64,000 nt of DNA from Catajapyx aquilonaris (Eukaryota): NCBI GenBank assembly GCA_000934665.2, contig KZ537993.1, positions 62,001 to 126,000 on the forward strand. Direction: 5' to 3'. Each line of letters starts with the position of its first letter. Position 1 is the stretch's first letter. Below are positions 51,401 through 64,000 of the stretch, piece by piece. The notes beneath the pieces were generated by a model that was given only the letters and a program-made list of their open reading frames with translations, had not been told where the DNA came from and made no database searches. A program made the position numbers and the translations under genes.

Positions 51401-53913
51401 ATTGCCACACGCCGATCTCAATAATGTCCGTGTCACATAACTCATATGCCACCACGGAACGCGTGCACGGAATAAATCGACACATGTGCAAAATTTCCTC
51501 ACCTGCGACCTTCATAGAGTATGTGTTGTGGAATTTTCAGGCAGGTGACGCAGAGCGCCTATTGCGTGCCTTGCCCTTCATAAGGACGGATAAATCCGAC
51601 TAGTCATACAAGGTCATGTTTTGCGTAGCCTTATATTCTGCGTCGCATCATTTTGTTTTCGCAGAATTGATTGAGAAATATTGCCACCATACAACGAAAC
51701 ATATGGCCAGTAAAGGTTCCATATTGATGAACAGACACGAATAACGTAGCAACCAATTTTATTGCAATTTGCCACATTACAATTTTTGAAGAAAAAAATG
51801 CTGTTTCACAGTTATATCACCCGATATAAAAAACAAAAATGTCCCTGTGGTCAAGGTTAACGTGGTTTTTCTTCCTCCTCCCTCGTTTCAAAATTTGCAA
51901 TCGATAGCCGGAAAGATATACTCTATATAGCTAGGGGGGACAAAAAAATGTTGCGGCGATAATATTGCAAACGTCATAAAGTCGTCAAAACCACGTTATG
52001 CAATTGCACATTCACTATTATTGGCTAGAGGTCGTCGGGGTCAATTTGGTCTAAAGATCGCTTTCCTTACCACTTGTTCAGACGACATGCATTGTGTACG
52101 TGTAGTGCGATAACAACCAGATAGTGACATCCTCTTGCGGCAACCGCATGTGTAATAAATGCACGTAAAAATATCAGATTTTCACCTGCAGCAAGTTCCT
52201 TTTTTTCTCTGCTTAGAATGACGATGCCATGGTTACAGAAGGCAATGGACGGAACACTACCGATTGATGCCTTACCTGTAATGTTGAAGGAAACCCGGAA
52301 GTTGATTGTCGAAGGCCTTGTTGCTGCTGGAGGGCGAGGTGTGACGACAAAAATGCTAGTTCCAAAGGTTGAGGAGAAAGAAACTGAGGAGGAACCTTGA
52401 CGAAACGTCCGTTAATGCGATAATCGTCCGTCTGTTAAGTCGGCTTTCCAATGTCGAAGGACTAGACTGAAGGTTGTTCAACTAAGAGCTGCCTAGAGAG
52501 AGAAAAAAATATATACAGCCTTGTAGACCGTACTGTATAGACCTACACACTCTAGCACATCCCGGATTTAAGAGTAGAGAGCGGGGATCGAAAAAGTGAG
52601 AGGACAATGCTACGAAAAATTATTAATGAGGGTAAATTACTAGGGGGTGAATCGACGAAGGACCTTCCGTTTTGGGAATGGGAAAGTTGCATACATAGCC
52701 GACCCCCCTGTACTTGATTCAGTTAATTGCGAGAGGGCAAAGGATGTCCTTCACTTGTCTTGGCCGGTTTAGGCTTCCAGGTCTTGAGGGATGTGTCGAT
52801 TCAGTTCCGCGAAGATTACAGTCATTGCCACTTTGCTATAAGGACATACATTGCTTATCTATTGCATGCGCAGTATGCAGTTCATGGTACCCGCTCCTTA
52901 TCTAATACTACGTTCAATGCTGGTTTAAAGCAGTTTATACCATGCATTACAATTATAGGAATCAGAAAGCAAGCCTACTGTATTTACGTAAGAAAATTCT
53001 CCAAGAGCGTGACAGGCGTGGAGGTGTCTATAATAAACAATAAAGCGTATATTATTGACACCCCCCTTTTAACAGATCAAGTAAGCTAACACATATTTGT
53101 TATCAAAAACAATTGTCCATGAAGAATTTAATGGAGCGCTGATTTCATCGAGCATCTGTTGTCTTGATCCTTACTCAGTCCCATAAAATAAGTTTCATCT
53201 GGCTGTCCACAACCAAACAGTTGAGACCTTCAGATACGACCTCGCAAAGTAACTGTCCAGCACTTGTGGCATTTACGATTTGATAACTCCGGTTCATCTT
53301 TCACGGCCGCCGTGACACTCCACCGCAAAAGTTGCCAGATGAAGCAAGCAATAAAACCCGCTCTTGCAACGCTCTCTACGGGTTCTCCTTGGCAGGACGA
53401 GGCGTTGGTCAATGTTTTTCTTCTATTTCGCATCACACTTTTTTCCCTTCCCAGCACGTTTGCCAGATCCCGTTATCTTCGTAAAGTAGCATCCTTATCC
53501 GGAATAAGCTTGAGGGGCTGGGAGGGTAAAGAAAAAAAAACATGGCGTCATTCCCCTCGTCCACCTTGAGTGTCCATTTTGGTCACGTTTCCGCTGGAAT
53601 TGATTTTCGCCTACGCCCGTTTGCGGCTCAGCTGTTATTATATCTCATTTCAGGCCACTAGCATTATTGGAAGCTGGCTATAGGAATCTAGATGAGGTGC
53701 TAAAAATAAAATGGGGAAGCTTTTCGGATGGGTGTGAACAGGTACCGGTGGATAGTGAGAAAGGTCGTGCTTTGCGGTTTTATTGTTGCTTATTTTTTGG
53801 AGAGGTGTTCGTGAGGAGCGTAATTACACGCTCGTGCTCACAGTGTAGTAACCTCAGGTGACTATACGCTGCAGCCTAGTGCGACTCGACTATAGCGGTG
53901 CCTACCAAAACAT

Positions 53914-53916
<3 letters not shown>

Positions 53917-53944
<28 letters not shown>
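53917..53944. repeat. (GT)n microsatellite
   Basis: About 14 GT units; a shorter interrupted (GT)n lies at ~43805-43833. Confidence 0.9.
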
Positions 53945-53947
<3 letters not shown>

Positions 53948-56900
53948 GGCGAAAGTGACGCTGATGTGTTACGAACTAGACAAAAAGTGTCTTGTTTTGA
54001 CAATAAACGCATATCATTGGTATTCGTCTGGTGTGACCACTGCATGTGTATATTCTGTATTGTATTTTGATATTGAACACCTCTTGTCATTTGTGGTGTG
54101 AGGATGTGCTGAGGAAAACAACACAACAATCATAATAAAGGTCAAGGCTCCTAATATTTTTAGCCTTTTAGACAATAGCAGCGCATAACTAAAAGGAGCG
54201 AGTGCCTCTTTGGGGTCTGTGTTGACTGGTATACAAGTGTCACATTTTGGGTGCAATCTGTCACTGTGACACCCCATTTAAGGGGTCTTGTCAATTACAG
54301 TGAGTCCCCTGACCTGCGTCCCTTTGAAAGTAGAAAGGCTTTTAATTCACCTGCCCTTGGCCACTGTTGCATGGGCTGAGTTTGATACAACATGTTTCCG
54401 TGTAGTAAGAAAGACCTTTTGCCAAGGTGTGCATAGTACGCCCTTGCAATGGAAAGCAATGGTAGGCCTATACGGTGCCGTGGGAGAGGAGCCACCGTTT
54501 CAGTACCTTGAAGTATGCAGTTACACTCATAATGGGGTTTCACACAATATACCTGTGTGAAACACATAGTTTCTACTCCAGGTCGTTGGCATATCCGCAA
54601 TCTACATGTAAATTTACTGTGATAATAATCAGAGGCAGTTAAATTCCCCAGGGATGTTTATCGAATATTATTTATTATTTCAGTGTTGCAGCCATCTTGA
54701 AAATTAATCACTGTTATTTTTACCACCCCCCACTAAAATAAACACACGCACAAAATATTTTCAAATCCACCCTTATCAGCCAGTTACGCCACATGGACTT
54801 GAAAGATTGTTCACCCCCCATTCCAGATTCCAAGCACACGAACTTTCCTTTGACAACCGTAATGAAGCACATCAGTGAAAGTGGCCTGTACCACGCGCTC
54901 AATACCAAGCACGAACTCCCTTACATTTTATTTCACCCAACCGGTAGAACCAGTAGGCAAAAAAAGGTAGTCCCGATTACTCGCATTGCACATAGTGCAA
55001 GTATGATGTTAAGTACAGGTACACTCCAGGCGTTTGGAAGGAAGCACGGAATGCAGACCGACCTTGCGAGTTAGTCAGTCAGTCAGGGAGTTGGCCCTGG
55101 CCTTGGCTTGGGATGGTTGCAAGGGCAAACTCAACATGGGGGCTCAAGCCTTTGCATTCGGTCGCTCTTTTTCCAGTACACGTGGCGCCCTATGCCCCCG
55201 CGTATCCACACGTGGACTAGTGAGTGACCCCATACTTTGTAATAAAATGGTGATGACTACGTGGTTCCCATCGTGCATGTGCTAGGTTGCATTTTAGTGA
55301 ATCGGCCCCCAATTTGAAAGGGAAAGCGTATAGGGCACCTGAATGCCATTGAGTGAAGCATGAGGTCCAGCCCACCCCACCTCCCCTGTACCTAAAAAAA
55401 TGGGGGCACAAAAAATGGGGGAGGTTATAGGTGACGAAGGACAAGGACAGTTGGGGGGTTGAAGGAAGGAAGAAAGGAAGACCTCGCCACGTGGAAAAGT
55501 GGAAGGGTGGATGGCCGTGTGGTCCTTGAGAGGATGTGTGGCCCAGGCATGTGAGTATATGGTACATATGACTCATCATTATGGCGGCTGCATTTGGGAG
55601 GTGCTATTGTGACCGTTAGGTTGCTAACGTAATACTATACCGAACATAGCGGAATGATTGATGAGGAAAGCGTGCCTACGATTTGCGGGAAGCACGTTTC
55701 CAACCTTCGACGAAGGTCGACAAAGTTACCTAACGTAACTTGAAAATGTGAAATAGAGCGGGCGTCACGTTCTTGCTTACGTATCCGCACCACATATTAT
55801 GCTACTAAGGATGGAGTCGTGTACAGTATACGCATGTGTGTATGGTGCACCTCTTGCTCAATTTTTACACATGGGATAAAAGCGGAAGGTTGTGGTAGTG
55901 TGGTTTTAGTTTCCATCCGGGGGTGGGTGATGACCTTGGTTCTGTCTGGGATTTTTACAAAGGTGACCATGACCAGAAATTATGAGCAGCCCCATGCTTT
56001 TCATCCCTGTGGGAAACAGCCTCTGACCTTGTCCTTCCTAGGATTTTTTTTATGTCCAATTATCTGGAGGGATGTTCAAGGGCTTATAGGCCGATGGAAT
56101 CTAAACGTGTGTCAGGTGTACTGAAATACCTCTAGGAACTAATACAGCGATGTAAAATGTGTGAGAGCGGATAATATCGCTAAAAGTTATATGTGAAATT
56201 TCATCATCATTTGTCATTAAATTAGTAGCTACAACTTATCCTCTGAAATGTAATTGCAACACGAGTTTTCAGCAATACTCGTAATTGAAGCCATTGAACC
56301 TGACTCGTAAATGAAATGGATGTTAAAATCGATATCAACAAGTTGTTGTCAGCAGTTTAGCACGAGTTTACGATTCTGTTTTGTACACATCCTACACAGT
56401 TGTAAGGAGGTGCATCGTGCCTTATCGATGACCGATTGAGATACCGTAGCATTCAGTTCGTTTCGACGTGACTGATATTTCGTGAGCAAATTCTGCCCTT
56501 TCATACCCAGTTATGCGACCTGTTATACAATAGTCTCTCCCGCTAAGAGAATTGGCGATGTTACGTGCTTCGGTGCCAACTTTTTTTCTCCACCGGCATT
56601 TTCCCGATCCTTCTAGTATGAAGTACTAACTGTTATGAAATTGTCAGGAACCTTCAATTTCTGCACAGGAATTTCCCCATATAATGGCCACATATGGAGA
56701 AAAAAAAGTAGAAACGCGTAGTGGCTATTGACTAACAACAGAAAAAACCTTGCATAATAGTATCGTGGAGACGCTTGAAGGCCAGGGCCATTTTTGATAA
56801 TGGAAAGTGTTTACCCCAACATGCAAGTGAGCACGTAGTTATAGCTGTCGACATTGCCCTTGACCTTGAGAAAAGGTGAGGACCAATAGGACTATCGTGT

Positions 56901-59599
56901 ATCTTTTCTACCACCTGCAACTGCGCACCTAGAGTCTATCGATTTGAAAACACACTTCCTATACACCCAAGCCGGTAGTTTCTCCGAAGCAATTTTCGGC
57001 GGAATTTATTGACACACCAATACCGGCATTTTACACCTACTCACCGGTAGCCGGTAAAAGGCCACGAGGTTCGGCTGATGAAATAGCTAGCCATATATTA
57101 CTCACCTCCAGTCTATTTTAAACGCTTTTATTCATAAAAGATTAATCTATCTGCGCGGAAATGGACCATTCTAATGCCGCTAATAGAATCCATGTACTAT
57201 ACGAGCGGTACACCGTAGAGAGCATGACGCAATAGATGCTGTAACGTGTGCGGAAATATTTTTGCACTGCAATATGAGAGTCTGCAGAAGCAAGTGCGCA
57301 CCGCATTGCTTATAGAGTCGACAATTCTGAAGAATAAAAACGTTGTCACTTTTACCACTATTAGAGCAGACGGACAACATCCTGTCTCGAAGAGGTCATT
57401 AGCTCCACCTCCATTTTTTTTTTTGAGCCGGCTCGTGGGTGCCCGATTTTTCCTATAACGATATTATAGTACTGACACTATCCCTGCATAGTACCTCACT
57501 GACGTCAGAGGTTCCGCAGGTGACCTTGCTGTCCCCCGGTTGCAAACACGGATCTCACCTTTGCTCGCCCTTGCACTATGTTATTTGCAAACCGATAATC
57601 CCGTGAGTCAGGCAGCCAGGACATGGCACAAGCGTCAATGACGCTGATTCACCGTCGACGTCGCGACGTGTCGCCATACACACAAAAAATAGGCGCCTTG
57701 AAAGAATGCGTCTTGCAGGAAATTGCATAATGTGCAGCCTATGCCATCCGGCGTTGCTCCAAATGGTACGGACCATACGCACAAATTGTACCAAAAAAAT
57801 TCACGCATTTTGACATTTTGGAGCTTGTTACATAATTTTGCCGGCTTGTGCGTAATTCCATGCACGCCCACACACCCAAGTCCATATTGACCCAATTCAT
57901 CCGCCGGTACAGTTCCCTATCTCTCTGCACCTGATGAAAACAACGCAAAAGCGCGCCCGACCTTCCAAGGTCAAGGGCAACCCCCATCCACCCACCAGCC
58001 TTCCCACCCCCTCGCAAACTCCGCCATTGCAACAGGGGGGGGGTGATGGGGGGAAGGCGGAGGAGGGAGGGCAACTATTCACCCTCCCACTTTCAATCCG
58101 CACAGTGACGTTGCACAGATTGTGACGTCGGTTGCATCTATGCTGTAACACCTGCACTTCCGACCTTTTTTACCTGGCTGTAGAAAAAAAAACGGTGCGG
58201 GTGGGGCTTCCGGATATATGGGGGGTGGGGGAGGGGGTAATTTTTTGCGATGGAAAAGTGCATGAACCTCTGCGTTCTTTATGGTTGTTGCACTCTAGAG
58301 TGAGTGTTTTGGAGTAGCTTGCGGGGATGCATTTTGGCTGATTGTTGCGTGCTTTTGTACTAGTAAATGAAACTTTTTTGTGGAATGCTTTTGATGTGGA
58401 GTTGTGGGCGGTGTGAACCGAGCATTATCTGCATTAAAATTTATTGCTCCTTGTATGCCCGTTTGATCTTGTTATGTGGGAAGTATACAGTAGTGTGTTA
58501 TTATGACGTACTGTACAGTACCTGTGCGAGTTTACGGGCTGGGCCGCGGCAGGTTTAAAATGATTTAATGTTCAAATTAGATTAGCTTTTTTTCGTTTGC
58601 AAAAAATCGGGTGTAGAGCATGAAACTGATATATTGGTCTGCAATATTACACAACCCTATATAGCCTTGACATTGCACTGTAGGCGGATGTAAAATTATT
58701 TTTAGACTGCTAAATACGCTCGAGAGCCTGCAGTAGCCTACGTTCGTCAGGCTAACGTAATTATTTCAACTTAATATGAAATAAGCGTAGGTGGGGTGGC
58801 ATGAGGTACAAGAAGGCAACAGCTTACAATTACTTCTGCCCTGCAGACTCTATTATGAAACCTGATTACGCGTAGTTCCAATGTATTTTGATAACATCTG
58901 TAGGCTACCTTGACGGTCTTCTGAACTCTTAACGATTTTCTGCACTGAATAGGTTTCCTTTTTATACGCCAAAAATATAATTGCAATCATCCACCTGGAC
59001 AACTTTCCAAGGTTCAAGACTTCTCTGTACTATACTTTTCCTGGAATAATAATATTGATGTTTATGACTTTTAGTTGAGAAACTATTTATTAACTTTATC
59101 ACTATAGGTATTTATTCTCTCCTGTTTGTGGATCATGCTTCCAGGCAGTGTTTGTCATCCTTCTCCGCCTGTCAACCACTTACCCCTTATTTTCCGCTCA
59201 ACGTCCTCCAAGTCTGCCGATGTAAATCCAAACTGAAAAGCGTATTCCGAGGTTGCACATGACTCCTCCTCACAATATTATTCATCGATGCTAATCCCGT
59301 CAGCCAAGCTCACCCACCCACCCCCAAACCCCCGCCGTCCGCATTTTGCGCCAGACTGGGTCAAGGTCCCCGGTTCATCTCTCGGTTTGCCCTTCCCACC
59401 CAAGTTTTTCTATGCTTTAACTCTGAAGGCTATACCAGCAAAAGCAAAGTGTGGCTAGAGGGAAGGGGAGGGGGGGGGTTATCTTTAGCAATTGGGCAGC
59501 AGCCATCCGGCGCGGTGGATTCAACCTCCGTCGAACTAGAAGGCCCCGGCCTTGTCCTTGGTTTTATTTGGGATTCACTCGTCAGGCCAAGAAAGTGCG

Positions 59600-61804
59600 A
59601 AATAATAGGGCAAGAGGTTTATTTCACCAGACACAAGTTTTTATTTCCGACGACTGCGACAATTCTCCCAAGCTTACAAAACTTACAGACAAGCACATTA
59701 TTATCATTATTTTTTTTATTATATATTTTTTCAAAATCCAAACTTCACCAGGGCTCGGATTTATATTTTTTGTGTTTTGCACTGATTCTTTTCATTAGAA
59801 AAGTTGATTTGATCCCATCCTACGTTCTGTCTTACATCACGGTCAGTTCTGGGATGGGGCTAGAAGAAGAGGGGGAAAAAAATTGGGTTCGAGCTCTGGT
59901 GAGGTTTGGTTCGTTTCCGTTTTCCCCACAAAAGGACGCAGACTGACTAAGGAATATTGTTCTTACCGGTGATCTAAGACACCGGTTCTAAACACTGTAC
60001 AGAGCGGGAATTACAGACACAAGGTTTTGGTAGTTAAGTTTTCAAATATGTTTTTTTTTCCAAGAGGGCAAGGCTTATCAACCAAACAAATTTGACAATG
60101 TTACCACACCTACAAGACATGTACAACCACGGAAGGTCAATCAAAAGTGGAACGATATGGTTCAATCGCCTATATTTGCATCCAAGGAATTTTGGGCAAA
60201 AATTGCGATTTTTTTTTCTGGCAGACACTATCTTTTTTTTTTTTACTGGCCATGATTGGAAATGCAAGGCAAAATGTTCAGTCGCTTGGAAAAAGTTACA
60301 GGAAAACAATTAACCAGCACTTGCCGCCGAGGATTGCTTATCGTCATCCGGTGGCTCTTCGTCACTCCCAACCACCAAAAAAACATGGAAAAAATCACTA
60401 TTCCGACTACAAACTTCGTCTGTATACAAGGGAGGTCACAAATGTAGTTATTGCAGCACAAAAAAGTGGATTTCAAGAAAGAATATAATTTTTGTTTGAA
60501 AAAGATAACTCTCTAATGATGCTTTGGGAGAGACGTGGAGTCATTCATTGCATGACCGGAAGAAGTCGAAAAAAAAATTGGAGAAAGAATTCATATTTGT
60601 ATCACATTTAATAAACCGACAAGTATTTGGCATAAAATCCAAAGGGCTGGGAGATCTTTCTGGGGGAATCATGTGATTTTAGCCGTACTCATGCATTTGA
60701 CTACTACATTTAAATTACAAAGTATGATACAGTGTACAGTAACAATGTTGAGAAACAGGGGGAGAGAGAATGAATAGAGAAAAATAATAAAAAAAGAGGA
60801 GCGAATAGGTAATACCTTTGGTCCAAGAACAGGTCACAATTTGTCTCTAATCTACAGTCAAAAAGACACTGATCAACCACCCATCCCGAGATCTTCAAAC
60901 TGTACAGACTTCACCCATTCCCCAAAAAAACTATCCCCCGGATACTTTTTTTCCACAAAAAAAGTAAAAAAGAGACGGCTTTGAAAAAGCGCCCCCTCCC
61001 CTCTCCCCTAGACTCCCAGAAAGATCTAACCCCTTAAAAACGGCAACATACAGCACAGTTTATAGTTTCACTATGGCAAACATTTGTTTCTACACTTAAG
61101 AGTACAGAAGCGAAAGAGAAAAAAATAATAAATAAAAAAAGAAAGAAAAAGGAGAATTTTTCCCAAAGTACAAGTCCAAAGGGACTCTGTCATAAGAAAA
61201 ATGCTGCAAAAGCTGCTTTCTTTTTTTTACTCAATTTTTTCAGTGTATTATATATAGATATCATCTAAAGGAGTTCTGAGCTCAAAAACTGGACATTCTC
61301 TACATCGAGACACACAGGAATAATTATTAAATAAATTATTTGGTTTTACAATACACTTACGGTTAAAGTGGCGTCACACTCGGTTCGACCACCTTGGCAA
61401 TGCTTTTCTGGTACCTTTTGTGCCACGCACACAAAGATTTGTTTCTCTTTCTCTAATACAAACGGGTTGAACCTACCTGACCTCGATCTACAGCCTAGCT
61501 AAGCAGTCTCGTATGTTTTTTTTTTTCTCATCATGCGACATGCCAGCCTCTGTCCAAAAAGTTCCTTTGATTGATACTCTATTTTAGAGTCACTTGTGAA
61601 CTGATTTGTATTTTTTTTTTGTCCCTTGTATCCTCGCCTTCCCAGTGCCACTGACGGCTTTGTACTATACCAGTTTGACAACGCGTCCGGTCAGTTCGGT
61701 CCTCCATTCACAAACGTTTGTAAAGCACACGCACACACGTGTCCATCCTGTCGCATCACTCACTCATCTTCTTTTTGACTTTTTCTTCCATCTTGGGTAC
61801 GTCT
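59600..61804 (-). other. Probable E75 3' UTR with alternative polyadenylation signals
   Basis: U-rich sequence on the minus strand after the stop codon. ATTAAA at 60612-60607 and AATAAA hexamers at ~59620 and ~59642. Confidence 0.5.
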
Positions 61805-63901
61805 TCAAGCCTCGAGCGGTATTTTGTGTGACGGGGGTGGGGGTGTCTTTTTGGACAGATTGAGCGGCTGCGAATCGGCGATATCCACCTGCAGCTCCAC
61901 CACTTTGGATGATGAGGCCAGAGCGCGGGCCAAGGGAGACAACGTGGACGTCGGTGGGACTGGTGAGGAGGAGGGTTTGGGTGACGGTTGTTGCTGGGGA
62001 GGTTGCTGCTGCTGAGGCTGGACGGGAGATGGGGTACGGTGGTCGTAGTACACCCTCGGGTACAGCTGAGCAGTGCTGGATGGGGATGACGACTTGGGCT
62101 GCTGCTGCTGCTGCATATGATGCGGCAGAGGAGACCTGGAGGGCTGCTGACCACCGTACGGCCAACATGGAGGAGACGAGGTAGACGGACGTTGCTGCTG
62201 CTGCGGCGGCGATTGTTGAGGAATGTAGTAGTCATTGTTGCACACCACCACCCCTCCCCGTGACGAAGGGTAGGATGCCTGGCCGGAGTATGCCACTACA
62301 GAGCTAGGCTGGGAGATCATTGAGGAGGTTGAGGACGACGAGGAGGAGGAGGAAGAGTGGGGGTAGTCCTCTCCGCCTCGCATGATGATGTTGTGGAGGA
62401 TATCTGTCCGCTTGAGTTGCTCGGCGGTCATCTTGGGTCCCTCCATCAGACTCTTGGCAAGCGTGGAGTGGGTGCTGCTGAGCGGAGCCCCGGAGGAGGA
62501 GGGAAGGGGTGCCAGGAGTGCCGCAGAGAGCACCGACATTGGTGGTCCCACCGGAGGTGAGGCCGAAGAAGTGGACGGGGAGCTGCTGCCCACCGAGGAA
62601 GTGGAGGACGGGGACATGGCCGAGGGCTGGTGGGGATAGTGCTGCTGGTGCTGGTAGGCCAGGTGGGACAACATGGCTGGGGAGGACTGGTGCTGGGTGA
62701 CGGGGCAGTACCCGCTGCTGGCACTCTCTGGCTCCGGGGTGCCCTTCCGCAGAGCCCGGAACTTCTTATGCGGCTTGTATGCCTCGTCCATCAGGAGGTT
62801 GGTGTCGTACAGCGGAGGCGCCTGCAACGCCCGCTTCAGCACCGGCATGTCCTCGATGCTCTCGCTCCCTTTCTCTTCGTCCTCTTCTTTCACCTTATCC
62901 TCCACCGAGGACCTGGGGCTGGAACACACCGACGTCGGCGCACTGGAACTGAGCTTGTCCGCCTTCTCCGGTCCCGACTCGATCCCGGAGTCGGATGGCG
63001 AGTCCAACTTCCTCAGTTTCAGTGGGCACTTGGGCGAATCGCCCGCACTAGAGCACTCGTCCCCAGAGGTGGATCCGCCTTCCGAGTGGGAATTGTCTCT
63101 CCGCCTCTTGTTACTGTTTGGCGCCAGGGCCGCGGCCAACACGCCCATCGCGGCTACACCAGCCGCGGTTCGGACGTCGGTCAGGGTGGCCACTTCGCCC
63201 GAACACACAGATTCACTACTGGACACCGATCCCAGCGGCGATTTCACACCCTCGTACATGGTCTGGTAGGCCTCCTCCTTCACCTCGGACCACACCGGAC
63301 TCTTGCTGTCGTCCCAGGAACCTTTACTGCTCTCCTCCCAGATGCTGCTGGCACTGCTGTTGCTCCCACCCATCGCCTGCCGGTACAACTGGCTGTTAGG
63401 GCTCAGCTGCTGCAGGTGCTGTTGCTGTTGTTGCTGCTGTTGTTGCTGCTCCGTCATCTTAAAGGCCAGCAGCTTCTCAGAGTGCAACGTGTTAAGTGTC
63501 CGAAGATCCGGAATCTTCTTGATCAGCTCCTGGTATACGGTGGGATTATCCGGGTGGGTCTGGGCCAAGGCGGTTTGCAAGGCACCTTTCAGCTTGCTCT
63601 GCATCTTTTCGATCAGCTCCGTGTTACGCAGACCAGGCCGATCTGTAAAGACAAACCAGGAATCGCACCGTCATACACCTGCTAATGCTCGCCATTTAAA
63701 TCCCCAACAACCAGCCCTCTCCTTACCTGAAGATATGACGACAACGGCGCAAAAAAGCCCGATTTGAGCATCTGTTAGCCGCAGAGCGTTGAGCCTGTCG
63801 GCAAAGTCGAACATGGAGTCCAAGAGGAAGCGGGCGTTGCAGCTGTTGTGCACGGCCTCCCTCCGCACCACCTGCCCATTCAGACACAGCATGCTGTTGG
63901 T
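61805..63901 (-). CDS. E75: Ecdysone-induced nuclear receptor E75 (NR1D3, Rev-erb family): end of the ligand-binding domain and the long C-terminal F domain; the gene starts beyond the window
   Basis: Exons 63901-63727 and 63642-61805 with an 84-bp GT-AG intron. LBD sequence NSMLCLNGQV...ARFLLDSMFDF...DRPGLRN...KIPDLRTLNTLHSEKLLAFKM. E75-specific F-domain blocks KLDSPSDSGIESG, SVCSSPRSS, DMPVLKRALQAPPLYDTNLLMDEAYKPHKKFRA, STHSTLAKSLMEGPKMTAEQLKRTD and QPLNLSKK. Confidence 0.97.
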
Positions 63902-64000
63902 CTGTAAACACGGGAAGGAAGGAAGAAGTGGTACCGTTAAAAAGGTGCCGGGCTTCGAACCTATTTGAAACTACGGCCTCGTTTCTAGGAGAAGAGAGGG

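Noticed and set aside
23400..59500. Many 60-180 aa ORFs in the desert, and known conserved miRNAs
   Set aside because: The ORFs lack homology, coding-like composition or chained splice sites. I did not spot any conserved arthropod miRNA by eye, but a miRBase/Infernal scan is needed to exclude them.
62630..63685. 351-aa + strand ORF and other long ORFs overlapping E75
   Set aside because: Antisense or alternative-frame shadows of a GC-rich, low-complexity coding exon; no recognisable domain.

Overview
Eukaryotic, intron-containing genomic DNA from an arthropod, probably an insect with gene-body CpG methylation; the species cannot be identified from the sequence. The first ~21 kb is a compact, CpG-depleted cluster of + strand genes. 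It holds the 3' exons of rotatin (RTTN/Ana3), an 8-exon ~669-aa gene that resembles only the N-terminal non-catalytic part of separase (three-rows-like, no protease domain), and a complete GRASP55/65 Golgi-stacking gene. A possible small micro-exon gene runs divergently from the GRASP promoter. Introns carry several MITEs, two tRNA-derived SINEs and non-LTR retroelement fragments. Positions ~23-59.5 kb contain no recognisable gene but are CpG-rich and dense in nuclear-receptor, CRE, E-box and CTCF-like motifs. The window ends with the last two coding exons and 3' UTR of the ecdysone-induced nuclear receptor E75 on the minus strand. Gene models were spliced by hand (GT-AG and phase checked). 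Homology calls come from remembered protein sequences, not database searches.
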